A stretch of 63,790 nucleotides of DNA, the filler included, from Guillardia theta CCMP2712 (taxonomy: Eukaryota > Protista > Cryptophyta), in NCBI RefSeq assembly GCF_000315625.1. It is 6 parts of 6 records of this genome, joined end to end, with 100 filler letters (N's around TTAATTAATTAA, not from the genome) between each part and the next. Parts side by side here need not be neighbours in the genome. Positions count along the whole stretch, not along the records: positions 14,241 to 26,153 come from NW_005434627.1; positions 26,254 to 42,958 come from NW_005434455.1; 4 more parts are not named here. One strand, 5' to 3'. Below are positions 23,692-34,994 of this stretch, in pieces (position 1 is the first letter of the stretch; each line of letters starts with the position of its first letter). Below the pieces are notes generated by a model. That model saw only the letters and a program-made list of their open reading frames with translations, had not been told where the DNA came from and did no database searches. Made by a program: the position numbers and the translations under genes.

Positions 23692-25140
23692 AGGCCGCTG
23701 GAGTAACAGACAGGCCGCTGGAGTAACAGACATGCTCTCCTCCCCTGCAGTTTGAGGGGATCCCTGCGAGCTAGGGTGCTGAACAGGATATTTTTCTGTG
23801 CAGAAACGGTTGTTTGATCATGTGGTATCTATCCAAAGAGGAAAGGAAACAGATTGCTCGTGTCCGAGTTTCCCAGTTCCTAAACAAGGACACGACACCT
23901 TCAGCACCTTCGCTAGGAGAGCTGATCCGAAGATTGGAACACTTCGTCAGGCAGTACCCTCAGAGCAGGACAGGCAGAGCCTTGCAGTCCAAGGAAGTCT
24001 CGATGAACGCCTTAGCCGAAGCCATTCGACAGACCTGCAAACATGCTGAAGTCAGGAGCCAGGAGGATGCCATCAAAGAATGGGGGGAAGAAGGACAGTC
24101 GTGGTATGTCTCTGCATGGAACGCAGACAAACAGGAGGTACTAGACAAGAGTGCCTGCATCGATGCTTCAGGAGCGTCCCCCGAGAGTGGTAAACTGATT
24201 ACCATGGCTATCCTCGGAGTTCCTACCCAGTACATAAAACAAGTTGAGGTACTGTGTGAGAAGTTGAAGGATCAAGGACTCTTGGTGCACGAGGAGCAGG
24301 GCAAGAAATGCATCTCGTGGAGAGCCCCGATCAAGAAAGATTTGATTCCGACAGTGGATGAAATCCCAGTCGTGGCAACACTCCAATTGAACGACGCAGC
24401 AGAACTGCTGTGGAAAGGACAGACGAACTTCAGGATCGACGGAAAGATGATCCGCGCGGTGAACGCGCATTCGAAGCATCCTTGTTCCTTCAAGATAAGG
24501 CCACAGAAGGATAAGCACTCTGGCAAGGCGGGGGCCCTAGCTGAGTTCTCTCACCTCCTCAAGATGAATCATGGCATGAACTCAGCTGGGATTACGGAGA
24601 TCTATCGTCAACACCTGCTGCAACAAGGAATAGCTGTGTTGGAGGTGCAGCCGGAAGCGGGCATGCAGCTAGAGGTCAAGACGAAGAGGAGACCTCAAGG
24701 TCAGCCCAACAAACGCACTTGGAAGAGAGATCGATTGGATTGCGAGATGCTCTTCGACGGACGTCCTGAGCACCACGCTACGGATGTTTGAGGGAGACGA
24801 CAGGAATGGAGGAAGCATACACCTCGGACTGATGTCGGAAGATGAAAAAATCCTCAAATGGTTCACTACTCAGGTTAGTGCAATCACCAGGGTAACGAGA
24901 CAGCATCCAATTAGGTTGGACTTCTTGCCCGACGCGCCAGGAGCAGTACCACGAAGAGTGACCTATGAGGTACTGGTCAAGAGTAAAGCACAGAAGGGAA
25001 GGTTCACCAGAGAGGAAGCTGAACAGATCTGCGACGGGGAGGATCTCTCTATGGGCATGACAATTCGAGGACTGAGACGGATCGTGGCGAGCTGGAAGGA
25101 GTCAGCGGCTGAGCACATCGTCAAGATCTCCTCGAAAGAA
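23692..25140 (+). mobile_element. Telomere-tract-bounded unit 1, putative retroelement 5' part; ORF 23820-24791 continuing in another frame to ~25155, 3'-truncated
   Basis: Begins with a 20-bp tandem duplication, intronless purine-rich ORF, paralogous to ORF 25263, runs directly into telomeric repeats. Confidence 0.55.
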
Positions 25141-25155
25141 GGGTTTAGGGTTTAG
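23820..25155 (+). CDS. ORF1/gag-like protein with possible RRM-like fold; frameshift near 24785; C-terminus cut by telomere repeats
   Basis: 'ITMAILGVP...VVATLQLNDAAELLWKGQTNFRIDGKMIRAVN' has RRM-like beta/alpha spacing; aligns with ORF 25263. Confidence 0.55.
25141..25155 (+). repeat. Telomeric tract GGGTTTAGGGTTTAG
   Basis: Directly visible at the unit 1/unit 2 junction. Confidence 0.85.
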
Positions 25156-25262
25156 ATCTGAGGCATGCAGATCAGCGGATCTGAGGCATGCAGATCAGCG
25201 GGGTCCCTGCGTGGTAGAGCAAGAGTCGCCAGGAACGCAGGAAGCTCGGGAAACCATCGAGA

Positions 25263-26153
25263 ATGCTTCGAAACATGTGGCCAATATCTATTGTGAACCC
25301 TGACGAGATCGTGCAGTACCGTACCTCCAGCTACCTCAAGAGGCAGACGGAAGCTGCCACGATGCCGTCATCAGCCGAACTGATGCGGAGACTGGATGAA
25401 TTCGCAAGGCAGAACCCCAAAAGCAGGACGAGCAAAGCTCTGAAAGCCAAAGAAATATCCTTGGAAGCCTTAGCCGAAGCCATCAGTCAGACATGCAGCT
25501 TTGCTGAACCCTCGTCACTGGAGAATCCGAAAGGGCTCAGGCAGTGGGGTGACGATGTCAGGCAGTGGTACCTGTCAGAGTTCCAAGCTGACAGACAAAG
25601 GCAGATGGAGGCCAGATCATATGATGACCAGGGCACAAGTGTGCAGACGATTACCATGAAGGTACTTGGGATCCCTGCATACTTTTCCAGACAGGTGGAA
25701 AACTTATGCCTCAAGCTTGAAGAGCAAGGCTTGATCGTCGATCAGACGCAAGACAGCAGGAGCCTGATCTTCAAGGCTCCCTTGAAGCCTGACCTTGTGC
25801 AGGCAGCGGAGATCCCAGCAGTGATCACATTTGTCCGCAATGAGGCGGCTGAGAAACTCTGGAAAGGAGAAGGTACCTTCAAGGTGGCAGGCAGGAGGAT
25901 TCTAGCAGTGAACCCAGCAGCCAACCCACCGATCTCGTTCAAGATGCGGCCAAAGAAGGAGAACATGGGCAGAGTTGGAATCCTAGCTGAGGTGGCCCAA
26001 CTCCTGATGCTCAACGATTCGAGCACAGGTGACATATGTGAGATCTACAGGCAGCTATGCCTGAAGCAGGGATTAGCGATCATTGATCTGATCCCAAACG
26101 CGGGAATGACAGTGAACCTCCCCCCCAAGAGGAACCTACCGCCAAAGAAGGTG
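25263..26153 (+). CDS. Divergent paralog of ORF 23820 (unit 2 starts at 25155), runs off contig
   Basis: 'ELMRRLDEFARQNPKSRTSKALKAKEISLEALAEAISQTC' vs 'ELIRRLEHFVRQYPQSRTGRALQSKEVSMNALAEAIRQTC', with similar blocks throughout. Confidence 0.75.
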
Positions 26154-26641
26154 NNNNNNNNNNNNNNNNNNNNNNNNNNNNNNNNNNNNNNNNNNNNTTA
26201 ATTAATTAANNNNNNNNNNNNNNNNNNNNNNNNNNNNNNNNNNNNNNNNNNNNCCCCCGCCCCAATCTCCCTTCACCATCTTCTCCCTTCACCATCTTCT
26301 TCCCCTCCTCTCCTCTTCTCTCCTCTTCTCTCCTGTTCTCTCCTCTCCTCTCCTCTCCTCTCCTCTCCTCTCCTGTCCTCTCCTGTCCTCTCCTGTCCTC
26401 TCTTCCCTTCCCTGCCATCCTGGGCAACTTGTCTCAGTGTCAAGTTCGTAGCATCTTCTGATCCACGGGTGGGTCACAAGACTACCCCTATTTCATAGTG
26501 TGTTTAATGGGGTTATATTGAATTTTTGAACCGGATCACCCCTCCTACCAGATTCCCTAGTCGAGATGAGAGGGCAGAAATGAAGCACTAGGTCAACCAG
26601 ATAGGGAGAGCATTGCTGCCCCAGCACCTGCCGCTGCCACA

Positions 26642-29540
26642 ATGGTGACGAAGGCTGGATTTCTTCGCAGGGTCGTGAGGGTAGTAGCGAGCTCCTCCTC
26701 CTCCTCCTCCACGTCCTTCTCCTCGCGCTTCGTATCCTCCTCCTCCTCCTTCTCCTCCTCCCAGAGTTCTTCTTGCTTCTCGAGACCTGGCTGTGTCGCA
26801 CGACTCCCCGCTGCACCTCGCCCCACGCCCCTCAGAGGATCTTGGAGCAAGTCCAGGGCTGAGGGGCACGCGCAACCTCGCTCCGGAGTCAAGCAGCAGG
26901 AGAACATCTTGCTGCATGCACAGGCACGTGCCAGGCTGCCGGGTCAGCTCGGGTGGACCAGGAGGAGCATGAGCACGACGAACGAGATCCCTAAGATTGA
27001 CGACATGATCTACGAGCTCGGAAAGACCAAAGACGGTCAAGACGACGATTCTCCTTCTATCGTGTCGGACCTCATCAAGCTGTCCGAGAAGTATCTTGTG
27101 GAGATGGGGGAGCTGTCGCACCAGGGGAAGCATTATGAAGTCATCATGTTGTGCGAGGACGCCATGCAGGAGTACAAGAAGTACCAGGAGGAGCTCAGGG
27201 CAGACAGCGTTGAGAACAATGCAGCCAAGCTTCAGATCCTGCATTCCATTGCCGCCATGAACTTCACCGCCTCCACCTCAGCAGAAATAATCAAAGACTA
27301 CCGCAAGGCCATCGACTGTCTCAACGTTGTCATGCAAGCGTTTCCTCACGTTGCCAACCTCCTGCCCATGTTCTACTTGGTGAGGGCTGCCAACTATGGT
27401 CTCATCGGAGAGCACAAAAACTCTATCAGTGACCTGGAGGTGAGAGCGCGGCAGCTCCTCTGTGGAGGCTCCAACCTCTTCTGCCAGAACTGACTCGATC
27501 GCCAGAACTATGAGGCCATGATGGATAAGCAAGACAGGAAGATCGAAGATCTCACGGTAGGTCGATGCGCCTTAGGGTGCAGATCAGATACAACTCGAGT
27601 GATGGGTCTCTTCTTGTTGGCGTCCAACATCATCGCCTGCTGCTCTTTCACCCTCGTTGATGGTTGCTTCTAGTGCTGACACGTTCACCCTGCAGAGGAT
27701 TTTGATCATGTCACAGAAGATTCAAATGAATCTTGCGATGGACAAGCACGTCGAAGCCCTCACGATCCTGAGTAAGCTACGAAAGGTTCGGATGCTCGAT
27801 CGAGCTCCTGCTCCCTCACGCTCGTCTGTGCGCATCAGGTAGAGTTTGAGGATGTCAAACCCGAGGAGCCGGCACAAGGTGTACGTGAAGGCGAGACTGA
27901 GGAGGACAAGAAGTACGTCGACCCGCGCCTCAAGAAGAGCGTCTGCCAATCGACTGCTGACTTCTGGAGTGGAGTTCTGCATTTCAAGCAGGTTGACATT
28001 TCGCTTCTTTCTTTGTTGTTCCCACGAGCGAAAGAGCAAGAGGTTGAGGTTGACAAGAGTTTGGGGTTGACAAGCTTTTGGTTGTCAGGGCAACTATGCT
28101 GGAGCCATTGAGTATTTTGAATCCTTCGATCGACATCGAGAAGCTGGTACGGTCAACGAGCTGTTCTTGGTTCAGGTCTCAAACTCTCCCGAAGGCTTGA
28201 AGTGAACTGAATCTTCCTAGGACTGGTATGAGAAGTACCTTCGACAGCTCTTCGGTGCTTGCCATGCAACCGGTGCTTGTCCTTCTCTCACCCCCCCGGA
28301 TGTCCCATAGTCTCCTCTTCCCTCTTTCACCGTCGCTTTTCTTGCCTTTTCCGTATGCCTGCTACTGTGTCGCCTGCGTGCGCCTTCGGGCCTGGGCCTG
28401 TGAATTGCTCTTGTCTTTACTATCATCCTCCTCCTCCTCCTCCTCGCGCCCTCCTATCCTTCTCCTTCTCCTCTCCTTACTCGCCTGCCGCAGGGAACTA
28501 CCAAGGCTCAGCAAAGTACCTAAAGATACTGTGCGACATGTTTCCAGACGAAATTCAGGTTGAGCTTGCAGCATGTTTGCGTACCTCTGACAGCGCTGCA
28601 GTACCAGCAACTGTATGCAGAGACTTTGATGGTGTGCCAGAAACCAGGCGAGGCCAGGGCGATCTACGAGAATCTCGAGAAGAAGTACAGCAACGAGTCT
28701 TGTTGGCTCAAGCACTGACCCCTTGGCAGGAACAACTTGGCCGACTACAACCCAACCATCACGGCCTCGTACGCAAACTGCCTGGTGGGGCTGCACGACT
28801 TCGCCAAGGCGTACAGGTGAGCGAGATGCCTGCCCAGGGGCTGCTGGGCTGAAGTAGCGGCAGCGTCACGAAGAAGGCGATGGACCTGAACCCGGGGGAC
28901 TCGACGCTTGAGTTCTTCTTCCTCGAACTGCGCATGCAGTGCCTCATTCACTGCAGTCAGTCTCGGGGACGGTCGCTCCTGGGGATCTGATCTGATGCCT
29001 TGCAGGTACTGCCAAGGACACGTCCACCATGCCGTTCAAACCCGACCAGCTCTACCAGGAGCTGAAAACCCTCGTCCCCACCATGCGGGGAGGGCTCAAG
29101 GACGGCACTGACGAAGTCAGCCTCTACAAGCGCTCGCAGCTGGACGTGTTGGAGGCGAGCTGAGAAAGCCCCTGAGCCGCTCGATACTGACACTCACCGC
29201 AGGCCCAGCTGCTCTCGTGGAAGAACGAGGACGAGCCCAAGGTGACGGCTGCTCGTCTGCTCCTGCAGCCATGACCCCCCACGCAGCAATTCGAGTTCCT
29301 GAATCGAGCCACCTTGACCTGCCCCACCAACTTCCACGCATGGATGAACACAGGCCTCCTTCAGCAGGCCAATGTGAGCTGCCTCCTCGCGCTGACTTGC
29401 TCTGCTGCTCACGATAGAGGCAGGGAGACGATAAGGGTGTGATGGACACGCTGAACAAGATCAAGGCCATCCTCGGGGAGAAGGCGGCGCAGGCAGCCAA
29501 GCAGCACTTTGACAGTGTGAGGAATGAGGGTAAGGCCTGA
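26642..29540 (+). CDS. TPR-repeat protein, multi-exon, with an Arg/Ser-rich N-terminal leader (possible mitochondrial presequence)
   Basis: Helical TPR-like exons (DYRKAIDCLN, GNYAGAIEYF, GNYQGSAKYL, KKAMDLNPGD); many ~50-nt introns; exact 3' end uncertain (29540 or ~29660). Confidence 0.7.
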
Positions 29541-29610
29541 GCGTGACAAGGCGAAAGGAGGAACAACGTGCTCCGCCGCGCAGAGAGAAGGGAAGGATCG
29601 TTAGCTGCTG

Positions 29611-31208
29611 CTAATGAAAACGAGTATATCTCCTCCTCATCCTCGCTTGACTCACTGTAGCTACAAGAGCCGCAGCTGCGATCATCATCGTAGCCAGTAG
29701 GAGGTTACTGATCCTCCATGAGCTCGAGCTGGCCTTCACCTGAGGAAAGGAGGAGGTCAGGAGGAGAGGCGCAAGTCACGTTTGAGTTTCACCTGCATGC
29801 TGGAGATGACGTCATCAGAGCTGCAGGAAGCCGGTGCTGCGAACACAGCGAGCATGTACGAGCCCGTGTCGAAGATGAGCCTCCTCTTCTGAGGCGGGGT
29901 TCCAACTCCGATGTCGATGGCGTACACGATCTTGTTGGTTTCCATGCGAACCTTCTCCAGCCTGTCCTCCTCCTCCCATCTGTACTCAGGCTCCAAGAAC
30001 GACAAGGTTGAGGAGGAAGACGGGGATGGCTTGGGCAAGTATCCTCTACTCGCTGAGAGCTTGTAGACCTGGTTGTGCGACAGTCTCCTCTTCTCCTCTC
30101 TCACCGCCTGCCTCAAGTGCTTGAGGAACTTCTTCTGGCCGCGCGAGCTCTTCAAACTTGTCGTTGGCGTGACGGCAGCACGCAGCTTGTCGACGTCCTT
30201 GTCGTAGGAGAAAGCCCCGAGGTAATCTTCGTCGATCTCGTCCTTGAGCGTGTAGTCTGCCGACCTCACCGCCAGCCCCATCCTCGGCTTGTCCATCTTC
30301 CGCAGATCGTGCATGACGACAAACTTGCGAAACCAAGGGTCCCCGAGGATAAGGCGTTCCTCCGAAGGCTCCACACATCCCTCGTACTCAATCTCAAACT
30401 TGCGGGGAGCACCGTCCTCGTCGATGATGGTGAAGTACAGGCTCCTCTTAATCCCCTTGAGCTGCATGTGCAGGAGCTTCTCGAAGGGACTAAACTCCAG
30501 CTGCTTCCCGACTGTCGTGTTGGGCATCAGGATGCAGGTCGTCCCGCTGTCGAACTTGCCGATGTACCCCAACTTCCTGTCCTTGTTCGTGAAGCTCAGC
30601 AGCTCCACCGCATCGCTGCCATCACCGTATGAGATCGACGCGACCTGCACACCATAGTCGATGCCCTTCATCGGCAGCCATGCGACCGGTCCCGACACTG
30701 AGGAAGGGTCGTAGTCCCCCAGCTGGATCTCAGCTTTCCACTCGTTGACTGCCATGGCGAAGAAGCGCGGCATGGGCTGGAACTCGTAAGGCTGCTCGAT
30801 CTCCCACTCACTTCTCGCCGACTGTGTCAGCGTCTTGAACAGGGAGGGACTCCCTGGTGTATCCTGCCAACCGAAGCCCAGGATGCCGTCAACCTGGCGC
30901 ACAGCAGGTCAGTCAGCCTCACAGCAAGCGCTCCTCCTCCTCACCCGCTTGCAGATCTGCTTGTTGCAAGAGGTGATCAACCCGAGGCGGGTCTCGACGG
31001 TGTACGGCCCGAAGCTGATAAGGTCCTGCCCCGTACATCCCTGCATGCGCGTCTTGTCCAGGAAGTGGAGGTCCACGTGGGAAGAAGGGACGGGGGAGAA
31101 AGTCAGGCTGTCCTCGGGATCAAAGAAGGACCGTTTCCCCCCTATAGCTTTTCCAGAGCACAGCAGGCACCCCAATAGAAGGTGGAGCCAGCCCTTTTGA
31201 AGGACCAT
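29611..31208 (-). CDS. Pepsin-family (A1) aspartic protease with signal peptide and C-terminal TM anchor; catalytic motifs in permuted order
   Basis: VDGILGFG, FDSGTT, LILGDPWFRKF, then YAIDIGVGTPPQ...IFDTGS; in-frame introns 30894-30944 and 29740-29792. Confidence 0.85.
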
Positions 31209-31799
31209 GGTCCAATAACCCGACTCCCTGGTCCTGGTCCTGGTCCTGGTCTGATGTGTCCCTCACTAACCTCTTCCTCTTCCTCTCCCTCTCCCTCTCC
31301 CTCTTCCTCTTCCTCTTCCTCTTCCTCTTCCTCTTCCTCTTCCTGCTTGTCCTTCCTCTCTCTGATTCTTCACCCCTAACAGCGTTGAGCCATCCTGTGT
31401 GCAACAACGATAAAATAAGATTTAGTAAAGTTTGTTCTATAATATTTATAAGATAAATTTCAGTACCAGAGATAAAAAAACTACAGAAGTCTAGATACAG
31501 CGATCGTCACTTTTCAAGAGACATGCGACCTCATCCCCGCTTCTGCTGAGGATCTGAGGAGGGATGAGGGTCAGTTGGACATGTATGGCGACGCAAGAGG
31601 AGGGGAGGGAGGAGGGGGAAAGACGAGGGAGGGAGGGAGGGAGGGGGAGTATGAAACATGAGAACAAGAGAGAGAAGGAAAGATTCATATCATCAGGTGC
31701 TGCGCTCACGCAAAACCCGCTGCGCGAGTTGGCGGAGGAGCAAGAGGATGCGAAGCAGTTTGGAGAGCACTTCTATGCAGCTGATTGTGTTGCCTCCAG

Positions 31800-34700
31800 A
31801 TGGTTTCTCGTCTTATCCCGGATTCGATCAAATATGGTCAGGTGTCGCGCGAGCTCTGAAGAGGAAGCATGTCAACTGAGCCTCCTTGCGTGTAGGTTGT
31901 CGCCAAAGCTACCACTGATGACGAGATCCCTTGCCCGGGTTACATCCAGGCAGATCAGATGTCTTGCATGCCAGGAGTGCTTGCTCACTTTGATGCAGGA
32001 GGAGTTGAAGAAACTCTCCTTCGACATGGATGCGTGTAGGTGAGCTTTACAGGATTGAAATATGCCCCCATGTAACCGGCCTGGCAGTGTGATTGAAGAC
32101 CAGCTTCTAGGCGAGGAAGAGCCTGCTGGGGCTGCCCTGATGTTGATGTGCAGCCCGTCTCGACAAGAAGTCCTCCAATGTCAAACTCAAGACCCTCAGG
32201 ATTATCAAGCTGCTCTGCGACAGCGGTTCCCCCAGGTGGCTGCAGCCATGGCAATGAACGATCAGTCGAGCTCCTGACACGGTCTTCAGCTTCAAGAGGG
32301 ACATGCAGCGTCGGACTACAGCGGTGAGTTCATGCAGGAGCACGGCAAGACACGGCTGAGCTGCACTCAGATACGAGAATGTCTCCACTGGCGCGGCGAT
32401 CCTCACCCCACCATGGGAGAACTCCCTTCACAGATGGTGCGAGAGACGGCGCAGCAGGTCGGGGGTCTGCTAGAGGCGGATGAAGATGGTTGATACGTGA
32501 GCATCTAGGTTATCAACGCCGTCTTCGACACTGAGACCCAGCAGTTGAGGAGCAACCCTCCTCCGACGGCTGCAGCTCCTCCTCCTCTTTCAACCATCAG
32601 TGACAACGCAAGAGTCACGTCGGCGGTAGCATTGGGTTGACCTGGTGTGCAGGTGATGGGTTTGAAAGACACACAACCCCATGTCGAATCGAAGAGGTAT
32701 AGCCGGCCGGATGTCCGGCATGACGCTTATCCGTCTGTCGTGCAGATACGAAGGGTTCGGCAGCGACACGTCGCGGTCGACTGACGACGGTCATCGCTCG
32801 CTCAACAGCTACTTCAGCCATCACGTCCAGCAGGTGTCTGCTACTCGCACATGCTACCACTTGCCCTCAACTACTCGCACGTGCTACCACTTGTCCTGAG
32901 CCGCTGGCTAATGTCGATCGTCCTGAGTGTTTGTGCTCGCAGAATTCCGCGCAGCACGGCAACAACTCTCGCATGGCAGGTATTGCTGCAACAAGATGCG
33001 GCTCGTTGAACCTCTGACTCCTGACAGGTTTTGGGACCGTCTCGAAGGATCAAGGGGGTTTGGGACTGGTGAAGGTCAGCTGGAGTTGTCGGCTCTCCCC
33101 AGCATGATACTTGTCGTCCTAGGGTGCAGCCACTGTCCTGTCAAGCGGATTGACTCAGTTCAAGGACAAGGTGCTCGGCCCAGCTAGGGCTCCAGCTCGA
33201 CCCTGCTGACATGAGCACTTAAGATTACAAAGCCTGCCGGCTCTAGTGATCTCCCGGACAGCACGAGCGGAAGGGGCCAAGGCGGCATGTCCGGAGGAGG
33301 AAGCTACACTGGAGGGCAGGCGGTGATGGGCAACATGGTGCAGGAGGTTCAACGACTGCCTCAGGTGATGGCTGCGCAAGAGAAGCATGCAATGCTCACG
33401 ATCCTTCCACAGGCTCCTCCTCCGTCCTCCGCCTCATCCCACGAGAGCTCCTCCCTCAACGCGAACTCCCTCGGTCGCCAAGTCCCCGCGTTTGCGGAGC
33501 CACAGGTTGAGCCTGTCAGGCCAGCAGTGGGAGCATACGAAGAGAGCGTTGTTCAGGTCCTCCTCCTCCTCCTCCTCCTCCTCCTCCTCCTCCTCCTCCT
33601 CCTCCTCCTCTTCAGAACGTGGGGGGCTGATGCTGCAGCAGGCGCTGACTGCTCCCGGGGGACTGAGAGCGGCCCCACCAAAGGAGGAGTTGAGGGACCT
33701 AGTGAACAAATGCCCCTCCCTCGACCTGCCGCTGCTCGTCGCACTTCTTTGCAGCAAGCTCGAAGCGGATGCCTGGCAGTCCCGCCTGAAGACGTTGCAC
33801 GTGCTGGATGCCCTGCTGAAAGCGGAGAACACGGAAGTGAAGCACAAAGTTCACAAGCTGCTGCAGCACAGGCTCGCTCTCATTGAGAGTCTCTCGTCGA
33901 GCCCGCAAGCCGCCCTCGCCGACATGTCACAGAAAGTCTTGAAGGAGATCTCATCCATCTCGGCCGAACCCGCGCAGCCGCAGACTTCTAGGAACGCGAG
34001 CAACGACCTGCTCGACCTCGGGCTGGAGGTCAAGCAACCCGTCGCTCCCACCTCGCTGTTCGCGGGGCTGACGATCGCTGCCGAATCCAACGGGAATCCG
34101 TCGGGGGCTGCAGGAGGGAACCAAAGGGATCCTTCCTCTGTCGACTCGCTGGTGTGCTGCCCGTTGCGATGCTGCTGATCTTGACGTGCTGACAGTTCGA
34201 GATGAGCCATGGAACCTCCCGGCAGCTCCCCAGCAACCAGTCGACCAACGACCTGCTGCAAGGCATCTTTTCCTCGAGCGCATCGGTACCTCCTGCTTGC
34301 TCTCCCTCCTCCCTGACACGTCCATGCAGGCCAAGCCCCCTCCGGATCCACTCTCTGACCTGCTGGGCATGCCAACGGTCAGGAGCGACTTGTTTCGGAG
34401 GCAACTGAGTTGGCGGCAGGGGGGTGCGAGCGCAGAGAACAAGATGCAGGCTGCTTTCTCGGGCTTCGACTTCCTCAACCCATCCGCTGCAGGTCATCCT
34501 CAAGCCACAGGGCCCAGCATTCCGATGATGGGGCAGAACCAGCTCGGGGGGCAGGTGGTGCCGTTGCTTGAACTCACCGGCGAGCTCATGTCTCGTAGGC
34601 TACAGGCGGACTGAACAACGTGCTCTCGAGCCTCGAGTCCGATTTCTTTGCCCCACAGGTCTTCCCTCGGGTTGCTCATCAGCTGCCGCGCCTTAACGCC

Positions 34701-34870
34701 ATTGCAGCTCGTCCACGAACACCAACAGCAGGAGCCTGACAGCAAAAGCGCTGGCACGTCAGCGGGATCGGTACCGCGGGCTCCTGCGCTTGAGGCCTCT
34801 GACAGGATCTGTCAGGATCATTTCTCTTTCATCTCGACCAACACATGTCCTCCCTCTCTCCTGTAACTTA
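31800..34870 (+). CDS. TEPSIN: Tepsin (AP-4 accessory ENTH + VHS-like protein), multi-exon
   Basis: 'VAKATTDDEIPCPGY', 'RLDKKSSNVKLKTLRIIKLLCDSGS', 'FKRDMQR', and second domain 'TAPGGLRAAPPKEEL...KLEADAWQSRLKTL'; disordered tail. End coordinate approximate. Confidence 0.8.
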
Positions 34871-34994
34871 GTTTTACTAGAACAAGACTGATGAGTCAAC
34901 ACACTGATCAGAGTCGCTACTCGTGAAGATTGGGAAGCAGATTGGGAAGATTGAAATCGAGTATGAGGGGGATGAGTAGGGGCAGAAGAAAGCG

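Noticed and set aside
23692-25262. Hammerhead or HDV-like ribozyme in the leaders of the telomere-linked units
   Set aside because: By eye I found no CUGAnGA/GAAA core and no consistent P1/P3 pairing; an Infernal search would be needed
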